Source: Felis catus
Taxonomy: Eukaryota
Assembly (NCBI RefSeq): GCF_018350175.1
Contig: NC_058368.1
Span: forward strand, 167,526,001-167,590,000
Length of the DNA stretch: 64,000 bases
Direction of reading: 5' to 3'
Position numbers and translations under genes: made by a program. Below, in pieces: positions 38,819-50,330 of the stretch (positions are counted from its first letter, which is position 1; each line of letters opens with the position of its first letter). A model generated the notes under the pieces. It made no database searches. It saw nothing but the letters and a program-made list of their open reading frames with translations, and was not told where the DNA came from.

Positions 38819-39667
38819 GCATAAGGTATATAAGAGTACGCAAAGACAGATAATGTATACAGCCTCATCTTGGTCAAATTTGGTTTCTATCAAACAACCT
38901 AACAAATTCCAATGTAAGCTTCTACTCAGCCAACATTACTTGGAAATGGATTCATCTTCCGCAAAATTATTTCCTTCCACTGGCACTGACCCATCACCAC
39001 AAACATCATCTAGTTTTTTCAGAGAACTGAATCAGTAGCTGGATGCAAGAGCTGAAGAACATCTTGAAACACAGCCATATTGTATCACACAGAACATAGC
39101 TTGGAAAAATATTACTTTTCACAAACAAAAAACTTGGCTAGAGAAGAGGGGAAGAGAAGATTAAAACAAAATATCTCCAAGTAAAAAGTGTAGAAAAGGA
39201 ATTGAAACAAAAACACTGAGAATTAAGTGTACTCAAGCCTTGTGCATTGTTGCTGCTTCCAGGAGATGCATTTTGAATATAACAAGATGAATTTCAACAG
39301 ACCATGAACCAGAGATTTTCAACATGATAAAGGGGAAGCGATATATATTCAATTTTTACAACCACTGAGTGAGCAGAAAACTGAAAATTCTTCAGCTGCT
39401 GATAATGTGCTGATAGAAGTGCATCTCCCAACAGAATTCCTAATGAACTGCCAGCAAAATGGAGAAGTATTAAACAAACTGCAGAGAACAAATGATTATA
39501 TCATGCTAACATAGATCTCTAACAACTTCTATAGTCATTTTCCTAGTTTTGAATGAGAAAATCATTAACGATCAAATACTTTATTCAACCATTTACAATA
39601 ACCCTTGAGTCCTCAAAGACAACAGAAATTCGTGAAGTAACATATGTAGGAGATAATGTAGAACATC

Positions 39668-39830
39668 TACTATTTCTACTGTTCATGAGTACCTGGAACA
39701 TGTCAGACACCATGCTAAGTACTTCCCATCCCTCATCACTACCCACCTCTTAGTAACATGGAGGAGAGACACAGTGTCACTTTACATTTTATAGGTGAGA
39801 AATCGGAGGAGGTTAAGTAATTTTCCTTAC
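39668..39830 (-). mobile_element. MIR
   Basis: tgagtacctggaacatgtcagacaccatgctaagtactt...cattttataggtgagaaatcggaggaggttaagtaattt. Confidence 0.75.
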
Positions 39831-40624
39831 CTGGGATCCTGCCCTGGGTTCTGCATTTCTCACATCTTATCCATAATGTCCGGTTCTGATACCAAACTGA
39901 GTGGGATAGTAAATGATCCCAAAAGGACAGATGATAAGCAAGAAATTGAATTCATCTATGAATAGAGGAAATTAAATTCTGGGGAAAGACTCGTTATGCT
40001 TTAAATATACAAAAATCAAGACTCATAATGGACCACAGACTCTTTGTGTAAAACTAGATGTGATGGGAAATATAGCAAAAAAGAAAGACTGGAGAATAAA
40101 ACAAAATTATTCACTTGAAAAGTTTACAGTCAGAATTCAGAACTGGAATTATGAATCCTGTCTGACCATTATACTTATGACACTAGTTTGTTGCTCATCC
40201 GGTGACATTTAAATTCTCTACTCTTAAACTCCAATATAACAGTTTTGGGTTATTTTCCTTTAGGTAGCCAACAATTTAATTAAAATTTTTAATATTCCCT
40301 TGTATGGCAAAACACCGCAAAGGTGAACTCTTTAAATTCATTTGAATATGGAGTGCTTCTTCTGAATTATGTTCACGGTCTTTTAGCTCACTTCACTGAG
40401 TTAAAGATGCCCAAAGAGGCCAGAATTAAGACTCAAAAAAACACAAGAAGTCTGGACTGGAGGCATCCTACAGTTCAAAACACTGCTTCCCTATGTCAGG
40501 AAGTATTGTGGATACATTAAAGCAGATAAAAACATCATGCTTACTCAGTTTAACAGTGGCTTACAAGGTCTACAAGGAAATGGGCAAGGAAACAGGATAA
40601 AAATCAGTAGGTATGTATTTGAAA

Positions 40625-41095
40625 TAATGTGTGTACAAGGTTATTCACTACAGCACTATTTATATAGTGAAATACTGAAAACAACCCAAGGGTCCCTCAC
40701 TAGGGACCACCTAAATAAACTACAGCACATCTACACAATAAAATGGTATAAAGTTATAAAGAATAATGACGAAGTTTTCTATGCACTGATACAGAAAGAT
40801 CTCCAATTTAAAAAGCAAGGTACAGACCAGAGTATATAATATGCTCTGAATAGAAGATGCTTTGAGAAAGAATGTGGGGATTTAAATATAGATATTTGGA
40901 TGTGCTTGTAGTATTTGCACAAAAATAGAATATTCAAAAAACGAATACGGGAGGTTCTCTGTAGGGGATAGTGGGAACAGGGGAATGAAGACAGCAGTGG
41001 AAGGCAAGGTTTTTCAATATATATCTCTTTTATACCATGCTGTATTTTTGAACCTCCTGAATGTATGAATCATTAAAAAGTAAAATAAAATAGAA
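40625..41095 (+). mobile_element. Old L1 (L1M/L1ME-type) ORF2 end and 3' UTR fragment
   Basis: tgtacaaggttattcactacagcactatttatatagtgaaatactgaaaacaacccaag...aataaactacagcacatctacacaataaaat...atgcactgatacagaaagatctcc matches the L1 ORF2 C-terminal/3' region. Confidence 0.75.
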
Positions 41096-41614
41096 GTTCT
41101 ACAGACAATTAAAAATTGATAGTCAACCATACTTCAATAAAAAATGTTTACGAAATTGATGGAAAAATTTTGACAATATGTAGTAACTGTAAATAGCACT
41201 GCAGCCTAGAAGGACCTATCAAATATTTAAGGAAAAGTGGCTGCCTACAGAGCACATGACAACACATAGAAGATTTGATGAGGACAGAAGAGTAATTCCA
41301 TTGTGTGTTTCCAGAAAAAATCTTACTGCAGTGACTTTGCTATAAAGACTCCAGTGAGAGTTCTCATTTGCAGACACACATCTCCAAGGGTGTAATGGTG
41401 GCTGCCTCTAGGAACATACCTGGAAAAAAACCTGAGAGTATCAGCTATAGTCCAAAGCAGCAGCTTCCCTTCAGGACTCTCACCGATCTCTTGAATACCT
41501 TCCAAACCCAGTCAAAAGGAATATGAAGCAGACTCAAGAAATAATTACAACAAAACCCGGAATGACAGAAGAACTTGGACGCTGAAGTCCCTTGTCATCT
41601 GGGTGATGAGTATG

Positions 41615-41820
41615 AGTGATCAGTGTCAGTCAGGGTTAATCACGGGCTACTTCCCAGAGGAAGTGAATGTGAGCCAGGGTTTGAAGGTGACAAAAGGGAA
41701 ATGAACGCCAAGTTGACAAGAGATGAATTGCAGTAAGATTTCACAGGGCTATGTGAAGAGACAGAACAGTGGCACAGAGCTGAAATGCGGGCAACTGTAA
41801 TGGCATGCATTTAAGGGAAA
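41615..41820 (-). mobile_element. L2 fragment
   Basis: ggctacttcccagaggaagtgaatgtgagccagggtttgaaggtga...gagacagaacagtggcacagag...atggcatgcatttaagggaa. Confidence 0.5.
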
Positions 41821-42296
41821 TGAATATAAATTACACTTGGAGGATGATCAATGGGCTACAAGGTGTCAGTTACAACCCAAGAAGAGGAACTGCTGACCAC
41901 TGATGACTATTCACTAAAGATTACAACCCAATATACTGCTGTAGCCCGAGGGCCAACAACAAATGGAGGTAATCAGCTAAAGTATTAAAATGTTTCCCAC
42001 TTAATGTACGAACCGAAAGTATGTTTACACCTGGTATTCCGTCTCAAATCTGGATCCTACCACCCTAAGAGCTGGAGACAACTGAAAGGAGAGATACCAC
42101 AGTGATAGAGATAGGGACAGACCCTCAAGAATGCAAGCTGAGAAAAAGCAGTGATCGAGGTCTTGTTACCTTCAAACCCGGTAAACCCGAGAAATTCAAA
42201 CAAGCAGTCTTTATAAAGTATGTGGCAAATTTGGAGAACCCATTACCCCAGAGGAGGTTTGGGATGAATCTAAAATTAACTTCTATAGAACTTTAG

Positions 42297-42464
42297 GGGG
42301 GCACCTGGGTGGCTCAGTCAGTTAAGTGTCCAACTTCGGCTCGGGTCATGATCTCATGGTCCATGAGTTTGAGCCCTCATCAGGCTCTGTGCTGACAGCT
42401 CAGGGCCTGGAGCCTGCTTCAGATTCTGTGTCTACTTCTCTCTTTGCTCCTCCCTGGCCTATGC

Positions 42465-42509
<45 letters not shown>

Positions 42510-42541
42510 AATAAATAAATAAACATTAAAAAAAAAAAAAA
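42297..42541 (+). mobile_element. Felid Can-SINE (first of a tandem pair)
   Basis: ggggcacctgggtggctcagtcagttaagtgtccaacttcggctcgggtcatgatctc...gctgacagctcagggcctggagcctgcttcagattctgtg; (CT)n; A-tail. Confidence 0.95.
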
Positions 42542-42549
42542 GACCTTTA

Positions 42550-42769
42550 AGGGTGGCTAGGTGGCTCAGTTGCTTAAGCATGTGACTTCAGCTCAGGTCA
42601 TGATCTCGCAGTGCATGAGTTCAAGCCCCTTGCTGGGCTCTGTGCTGACAGCTCAGAGCCTGGAGCCTGCTTCAGATTCTGTGTTGCCCTCTCTCTCTGC
42701 CCGTCCCCCCCTCCCACTCTGTCTTTCTCTGTCTCTCAAAGATGAATAAACATTAAAATTAAAAAAAAA
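42550..42769 (+). mobile_element. Felid Can-SINE (second of a tandem pair)
   Basis: agggtggctaggtggctcagttgcttaagcatgtgacttcagctcaggtcatgatctc...gctgacagctcagagcctggagcctgcttcagattctgtg; aataaacattaaaa tail. Confidence 0.95.
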
Positions 42770-45700
42770 CAATTTTAGATTGTTTCATATGAAATACATT
42801 CACAATATATTACTACTAGAGACAAGGATTGTTTTTTAGGGAGGGAATCTTTGTCTACAATCTTTTGGCCCCAGTGGTGAGCAAAGAACCCACAATGCAA
42901 TCCCACCTCCGTCTCGGCTGTTAGGTCCACTGGCAGGCATGATGGGAAATCTCAAAGGAGAATAAACAAACCACAAAGCAGAGCATTAGAGGAGCACAGG
43001 TAATTTCCTACCAGTCTCTGCTCACCATTCCTTTGGGCTGTACCATCTTCGCAGGACTGAAGAAATACATGTCACCGAAAAATCTACCCAAATGAATCAA
43101 GTATATAAAAGTTAATGAGGTTAAGAAACCTGTATCATTTAATCTCCAGAAGACTGCAAAATAACAAGAAAAACTTCTCTGTTGATTAGGAGGATAAGGC
43201 AATGAGCATCTTTTTAAAAGAAGAGGTGGTAAGATTTAAATACAGAAAAGACTGCCCACAACTGACATGAAGAACCTTTCCTAAGGGACAGTCCCTGAAT
43301 TGTGCACTTAACTAGTTGTAGATACTGTGCCAGGTACCCTAAGCTCTTTATGTTTTCATGTTTTCTCCTTTTACTTTGGGTTGATACCTTTAAAGAAACT
43401 AGGAGGAAAAAACCTAGATAATGTGTGGGGGTAACCTGGAGTTCTGAGGATGTGACCACACGGTGATAACTCAATGAAACAATAAACTCTGCGTGCCAAA
43501 ACATTCATTAAACACATTCGATGTTTTCTCAAAAACCTATATGTGTGGATAGAGTCATTCACAGCTTTCCGGGAACTAATTATTTTTCCCTTTCTAGCCT
43601 TAATGCATGTATTTAAATTTCCTTAATTTACTGAATACTTACAATGAGCATTACTCTGAATTTAACACTCCAGTTAATCTTGGGAAAGAGATGTGAGCTC
43701 AAAAGAAGCAAAGAAGGGATGAGAATTTATGATCACTCAGGAAATGTGCACATTATTAACGGAATTCAAAGCAAAGACATGTTCAATATGAGGAGACCTT
43801 TCACAGTCTCTATTTAATACAGGAGTTAAATTTGGAAAATCGACAGACACTTGACTTAACTATCGACAACCCGGCCTTTCCTTAAATGTCTGTAATTCCA
43901 AATATTGTTGAGGGGTTAGTGGGCTGGATTTGGGACTTCATTACTTCTAAGCAGGCCTGTTAATGTATGTGGATGCATAGTCCTAACAAATCACCATTCC
44001 AAGGAAGAGAAACAGGCCAAGAGACTAAGAAGTTGGAGTCTTTAGAAGGGAAAGTGGAATTGCTTCTCCTTTGGCAGTCAAAATTCAGTCATGAAATCCA
44101 TAACATCAGAAACAAAACAAAGAACATTCAAACTAAATGAACACAGCCATTGCAAAGCCCGTGTACTTTATCAGGAAAGTGGCCAGCCCTGTTCCTCCTC
44201 CCTACCAAACACTTCACAGGTCGGGGATAGGGACAGGACTAATCATCTGGTGTAATTACACAGTAATTCTTATCTGGATTCAACCAGAAATCATCACATT
44301 TCTCCCAGATTATAAACAGAGAAAGGAAAGAAAAAACAATTTGGGATTCTGGAAGTCAGAGCAGGCTTCCAGTAGTTAAAAGGAGAACAGAAATTATCAA
44401 AATAGAATAGAAATTATCAAAAGGGAGCAAAAAGAAAGAAAGAAAGAAAAAAAAAAAAAACTAGTTAGAAGAGCACAGTGACCAGAGGCGGTTGGGCTTT
44501 TGGCAGGAGGCAAAAGAACCAGCCATCTGGGAAAAATCATAAAAAAGTCAGGCTAAACCTACAGACCTCAAAGGCTCCCAGTACATTTCAATATTACCAA
44601 AGAGTTCAATAACTGGTGTTCTTAATCAGGGTCCTGGTTCATTGAGAAAACTCACCATACTCTACCGGACGATGTCTGGTAATGACTGTGACATTTTAGA
44701 ACCATTTGCAAGGAGAGCAGTTATAACTGTTTCATTGTTTAAAGGATTAAGCAGATTTAGGCAGAGCTTCTCTTTCCTGCATACTCCAGATGAATCAGTT
44801 ACCCTAAGGAAGGTTGTAGTTCAGGTGTAACTAAGAGTCACTATTCTTTTTAGTAGAACCCCTGCCTCCCCCCAAGGCCAAACACTCCCAATTCCATTTT
44901 TAGTTTAGAAGGAAAAGAATACACGGAATTAATTATGATTCTTCAAGAAAACATCTTGGCAATTTTTATCCCTTACTTCCACATAAATTTACATGCTTTT
45001 CTAGGCAACAGGATAAATCACTGTCTCTGTTACATGAGGACTTCTACTTAACACAGATTAATAGGCCATACCTCAGGAGAACAGCGCTCTCCTTCCGCAC
45101 GATACACGCACCAAAGGAAAGGTTCCATTTCAGTCATTTACTTCCATAAAATGTAAGTCAGTCATGTCAATTACTGCTGTGACTCACCTACTAACTACTG
45201 GCCTCAACAACATCAAAAATATTCGTTCACCAAATTTGTCATCAGTGTTTTTAGACACGTTTCCCATGCTCAGTAAAATGCCTTTGTTAAGAGCAGAGAA
45301 ACGTTAAAAGTGGAAACACACTATCGACACCGTTCTTGTCTTCCTGCCATGCCACTCTACCCGTGAGGAGTTGTGACTTATGCTAGCAAGTGAAAACCGG
45401 TAGGCATGAAATTTCTTTTACAAGAACAATCAAAACGATAGCAGAAATTTACTTCGTATGTATAGTTTTACAGAGCTGCAGCATGATTCCTGCTCATAGA
45501 ACAAAGTGAGCTAATCTGCTTTGCAAGAGACAATGACCTTTGAAAGCAAGCTGTGATAGGTTTATTCCTTACCTTACAAAAAGACTTATCAGTTCTATAG
45601 CAGAATCATCAGAACAAGGTGATTCTGTACGACTAAATCAGGTACTCCTTTTTCAAGGTGAAGTACATACATTTCTCACATCTTAAAGGACATGAACCAG

Positions 45701-48084
45701 TAGTGTTCTGCACATATGCAATAAAATTCAGATAATCAATAAATCTTGAAGAAGTCATTATTCGAGAGCTAAATATAAGAAAACGACTGTTCCCTGTCAC
45801 TAACATTAACTTTTTTTTTTTTAACTGGACTAATTTCATTTTTTAAAAGTCACAAGAAAAAGCCATTGGCTGTGTGAATTTCATGTCTTCTCAGCTGCAA
45901 TAAGAAATAAACAGGAGCTGGAAGACAGAAACAGAACACTAGTTTCAGTGAAGGAAATAACTTAATTTAGTATTCTGCCTGCCCTAGAAGCATCTGGTTT
46001 TGGCCTCACTGTATTAAAAAAAAAAAAAAAAAAAAAAGCATGGAAGAGAGAATGGAGACATGAATAAATCACCACAAAAAAATAATCTAGAACTTTAAAA
46101 AATGAATATAATAGTGCAAGTTGAAACCCACTTCCCCTGAAGACATGTTGGAACACAAATCTGTTTAAGTCTACACTCCTCACTCCCAGGGTTGTTAAAA
46201 TAGAAGACGAACAGACGGGGAAAGATTTGGGCGTGCGTGTGAATTTTTTAAACACTCTAGATCATTCTCGTATGCCATTCTAGGTCAAAACCACTCAAAT
46301 CACAGTAGTCCACTCTGTGGCTCACAGTCTCATTTATTTGGTCAACTAGTTTCATGGAGTGCTTAACTGGAGGATATTTTGGTAGGTCCACTGGCACCGA
46401 CATGGGTTCAGACTTGGTTCTAAGTCTCTCCCAACTATAGATGGTATCTCCTTCCTATTCATGGGCACCTGCAAACCAGCCACCTAATGACAGGGAACCT
46501 AACCTAGTAGAACTAGCTGATTCTTCCCAACTGTTTGCTTTCGCTCAAACAGCACAGCAGGGAAAGGGACAGCAGCTCCATCGGGAGGAAAGCCATGTGG
46601 GACAAATTAGGTGCCGCTGTTAAGATTTAAAAGCTAGGGGCTAAAACAGAGCTAACTAGAGGCAGCTGTTAGGATGTGGTTTCTGTGTTTATGTTCTTCT
46701 CCTTCACCCCAAAGCCTCTTATGGGTATTAGGAAGGAAAGCATGTGTATGACCCAACGAAAAGGATCAGCTCTCTAGACTGTACATGAAGCTGGCGACCA
46801 TAATTCAGCACGTTAGAGACAAAAGTTACCTGCGAGGAGAATGAGGTAAACTGCTGTAAACCTTTATTTGATAATTTTTCAAAATCCTCTCTTATCTAAA
46901 TACAGTAATACAGCAGAAAATTGCACTGCTAGCAGATAGCGGTCATGATAACTAAGAGAAACCCTACAGGAGCAATAAACCTGAGCAAAGGAGAGATTCG
47001 GGGCTGACCTACCCATCTGCAATTGGTACATCCTGTTGCTGTTGTGACCTCTGCACTTCCCCCCAATTCCACCTTCAAATTCTCAGCCCAAGATTTCAAT
47101 ATGGCTCACTGCCAGCACCTTTCTCCTTTCTTGGGTGCAAAAGTAGTTCTGTTGATCCATACATATTTCAAGAGGCTTTGACTTTCCGCTTTAACTGAGA
47201 ATTAATGTCACATACTATTTAAAATAACACAGAGAATGTATTGTTCTTACAAGAACCTCCCTTTCCCCTGCCCGCCCTGACCTCTCTTCCCTTCAATATT
47301 GTCCTCAATAACGGGCTTTCTTCCCTCCTTGTAAAGCCAATATGGGCAACTGAGAGGAAGCAGGGGGAAGGGAAGTATTTCTATTTCTCTTGGCACTGAA
47401 TAAAATGGTTTTCCCAGGGATGGAGTATTACTCCCATTTTAATAAAACTCCTGTTTCCTATATAATATCACTCAGGTCACTTCAAGGCGAGAAGGTGATC
47501 AAAAACAGAGACAACAGCAGAAGACCAGACTTGTGCATAGTAAACAACACAGCCCACACGCTGCACATCAACGCAGCACAAGCTAGCTAGCCCTCCACCC
47601 AATGCTCGAGCTACTCCAACACAGCAAATCTAACACTTTTATGTACTCAGAAAAATAGCTGTTGCAAATGCCTAATGCAATTAAGCCACATTACACTTAA
47701 CTTTACAAAAATCCTTTTACTTTCCCAAACTCTAGTATGATCACCTGTAACATAATAAACACCCATCAAAATTGACTTTTCTCTGGCTACTATGATTCAT
47801 TTACACCCAAAATTTTAATGCAGAATAAAGAACAGACTAGCACAGCATTGGTCTTAACTGTCAAAGTAGCTTTTCTCTCCCCACTGGGTGAATGAGTCAA
47901 TGAATCCACTTGATTCACAAAGAGAGACTTTTATTCCTTCTTTCCTTCCTCTCATCCATCCATGTATCCATCTTCTTGTTTTGTTTTTAATTGCTTTGAT
48001 GCTTCAGTCTCTGCTACTCTACCCTGATCATAGACACACATATGCATGTACAACACACACACACAACAGACACACAGACAGCCA

Positions 48085-48270
48085 GTAATGTGGTGTGGCA
48101 GAATTTTTTACCTGAAATACATACTGGCTTGTGTTACTCTGGCAAGTTACATATATTTCCAAAACCTCAGTTTTCTCCTTCCATAAAATCAAGATGATAA
48201 TTCCTGCATCACAGGGCCACCGAATACTATCACTACATAGCAATGATAGGCACTCTTAAATATTAGTTCC
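48085..48270 (+). mobile_element. MIR
   Basis: tgtgttactctggcaagttacata...aacctcagttttctccttccataaaatcaagatgataattcctgcatcacaggg...aggcactcttaaatattagttcc. Confidence 0.7.
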
Positions 48271-50029
48271 CACCTCTTCCCCTCCCCCCCCTCCCCCCCA
48301 GGCACAGTGCACTTTAATGTCTTTTAAATCTAGACTTTACAGATCAAGAAATAAGAAACGGTTTCTTCTGGAGTTTGCTGATGCTGGGAAAAGTCCTAAA
48401 CTTTTTCTTTCCATTTTCAGTTTCTTATTTAAACGCTTCTTACCTCTTCTTTCATAAATCTGTATCCTCAGTAGATTGTTTTCTTTGTTTCTCTAATCTT
48501 TCTTAAAAGTAAAGAGATCTAATATGTCAATAACAAATACCAATTTGAGACAAAGTCGTCAATATAGTCATCCTGTCACTAGCCCTGAGTTTTAAAGCTA
48601 AGTTTAAAATGTTAAAAATTTCCCACTGCATGAAAAACCAAGATGAAGTGTATGTCCTAAAAGCCATTGTCCATAAGTTCAAATGAAAACATCTCTGAAC
48701 CAGACTGCTAGGACTAACAACGTATTTCAACACATTAGGATAAAATATGGGAGAGGTCGGCGATATCCTCCCACCTGTGCAGAAGGAAGTGGACTCACAC
48801 ACGCTTAAATAAAACAGTGAGCGGCCTAATCCAGTGTCTTCTAAGGATGGCATTGCGTGTATTTTTTCTCCACCTCCTAACATTTGCAGTAGAGTTTGAG
48901 CCCAGCTAATCAATATCTTTAAAAAACTTGTTTAAGATAATACAGTCTGTTTTACTTGCTGGCCATTTAATGTACACATGTTTAAAACTAATGATTTTTT
49001 CCCCCATGGATTTCAGGTTTTACTAACCTATATTACAAACAATCAGAAAAAATCTGGTGCTACATTTTAAATCAATACTCATCATGACAGAGACTATGAT
49101 ATTGGGCAGCTGAACTTGTATCTTTTCGGCTGAAAATTCAAAGTGTATCTTATTTTTTTCTCCTCTCAACAAAGTCGGGGGTGGGCTGAGGGGAAGAGTC
49201 AGGGTGAGGACACAGGAGAGAAGAAAATGAAACATGAATAAATCTTCAGGGTCAAAGCTTACCACGCGTGGCCCATTTCTAAAGAAGGACCTGGACCAGA
49301 CAAACCTATTCCATCCCACTCGGTGGACTGGTCTCCCTGACATGCCTCCGTCTTGCCCCCGACCGAAGCCACCAGCTTCACAGTGAAATGCAGAAAAGCT
49401 GTCAGAACCCGGTGGTCCAAGCTATCTCCTAGCCATCTGCTCACAAATTTCACTGAGTTTGTTTTTTTTAATTCAGTGCCGTAGGAGGAAAACGGCCTTC
49501 AGCAACACCAAAAGGAACACACACCAGTTTTTATCTGAAGAGGGCTGGCACCAGGTACCTCACTGCTGCTGCAGCTCATTCGCTCATTCCGAAGCAGGAG
49601 TGTTAACAGAGAAATGTGGAACTCTCACTGAAACAAGGGCTTCAAAAACTGATGCTGGCCTCTCGGTGTCTTGTTGTCGTTTGCCACTCAGAACATGTGC
49701 CTCTCAGTTCGGTCCCCACACCACTCGGCATTTCCTCACCCATTCTGCGATTCCCACTGGCGCCCCTCCTGAGCGACTGTATTAAGAGACTCGATCTAAC
49801 TAACCATCGAGCGACAAAACAAAGCCAGATTCCCGTGCTGTGGCCCACGGCTTTATACACAATCTAAAACGGTAAGCCTCATTCACTGTGGAAATACACT
49901 GCTCAGACCCTAGGCTCCCCTCTCGCTCACGGAGACTACTTTCAGATGCTGTGTCCCACACACGCAGGTCTTTCTGCCTGCCTATTTCAGCTGAACACGC
50001 TCTTTGCAAAAGGTTCTCTTTGTCCCCTG

Positions 50030-50330
50030 CGTGTCACCGTTCCGGGAGGCCGCGAGCAGCGGGGCTCCCGAGATGGAGGCTCCGAGGCCTGGCACACACA
50101 AAGCATATCCCAGCTCTCCGTGGAGAAGCGGGAAGGGAGGCAACCTCAACCTCCTGGCCGGGCGTGACCCCCCCTGCTGCTGGGCGAGACACAGCCTCTC
50201 CACCACGGCCTGCACAGCCCTGCACACTGCCGCAGCAGAGCCCAGGGTGGCCACGGCCCTCCTCCCTCATCCACCATGGCGCTAACTATGGCCACGAGTA
50301 GGCCGCTCGGGGCTCGGCTGATTCCAGAAG
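50030..50330. promoter_or_regulatory. Small orphan CpG-island-like patch (candidate enhancer or alternative promoter)
   Basis: About 20 CpGs in about 300 nt by eye count, strongly GC-rich, not a recognisable repeat. It lies within a broader CpG-retaining zone of roughly 49250-51350. Confidence 0.5.

Noticed and set aside
40691..40708. Hairpin GGTCCCT-CACT-AGGGACC
   Set aside because: 7-bp stem inside an old L1 fragment; expected by chance.
44389..44422. Short direct repeats (agaaattatcaaaa x2; also tgaacaggtatt x2 near 24853)
   Set aside because: Ordinary slippage micro-duplications with only two copies.
49055..49062. miR-29 seed / 8-mer site (TGGTGCTA)
   Set aside because: A single 8-mer is expected by chance in 64 kb; the sequence beyond the seed does not match miR-29 and no precursor hairpin is evident.
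49043..49085. C/D snoRNA-like boxes on the minus strand (ATGATGA ... CTGA)
   Set aside because: Only 43 nt from box C to box D, too short; no convincing terminal stem or C'/D' boxes.
49888..50301. Overlapping 73-137 aa ORFs in the GC-rich patch
   Set aside because: Stop-codon scarcity from high GC content; several overlapping frames on both strands and no recognisable domain.
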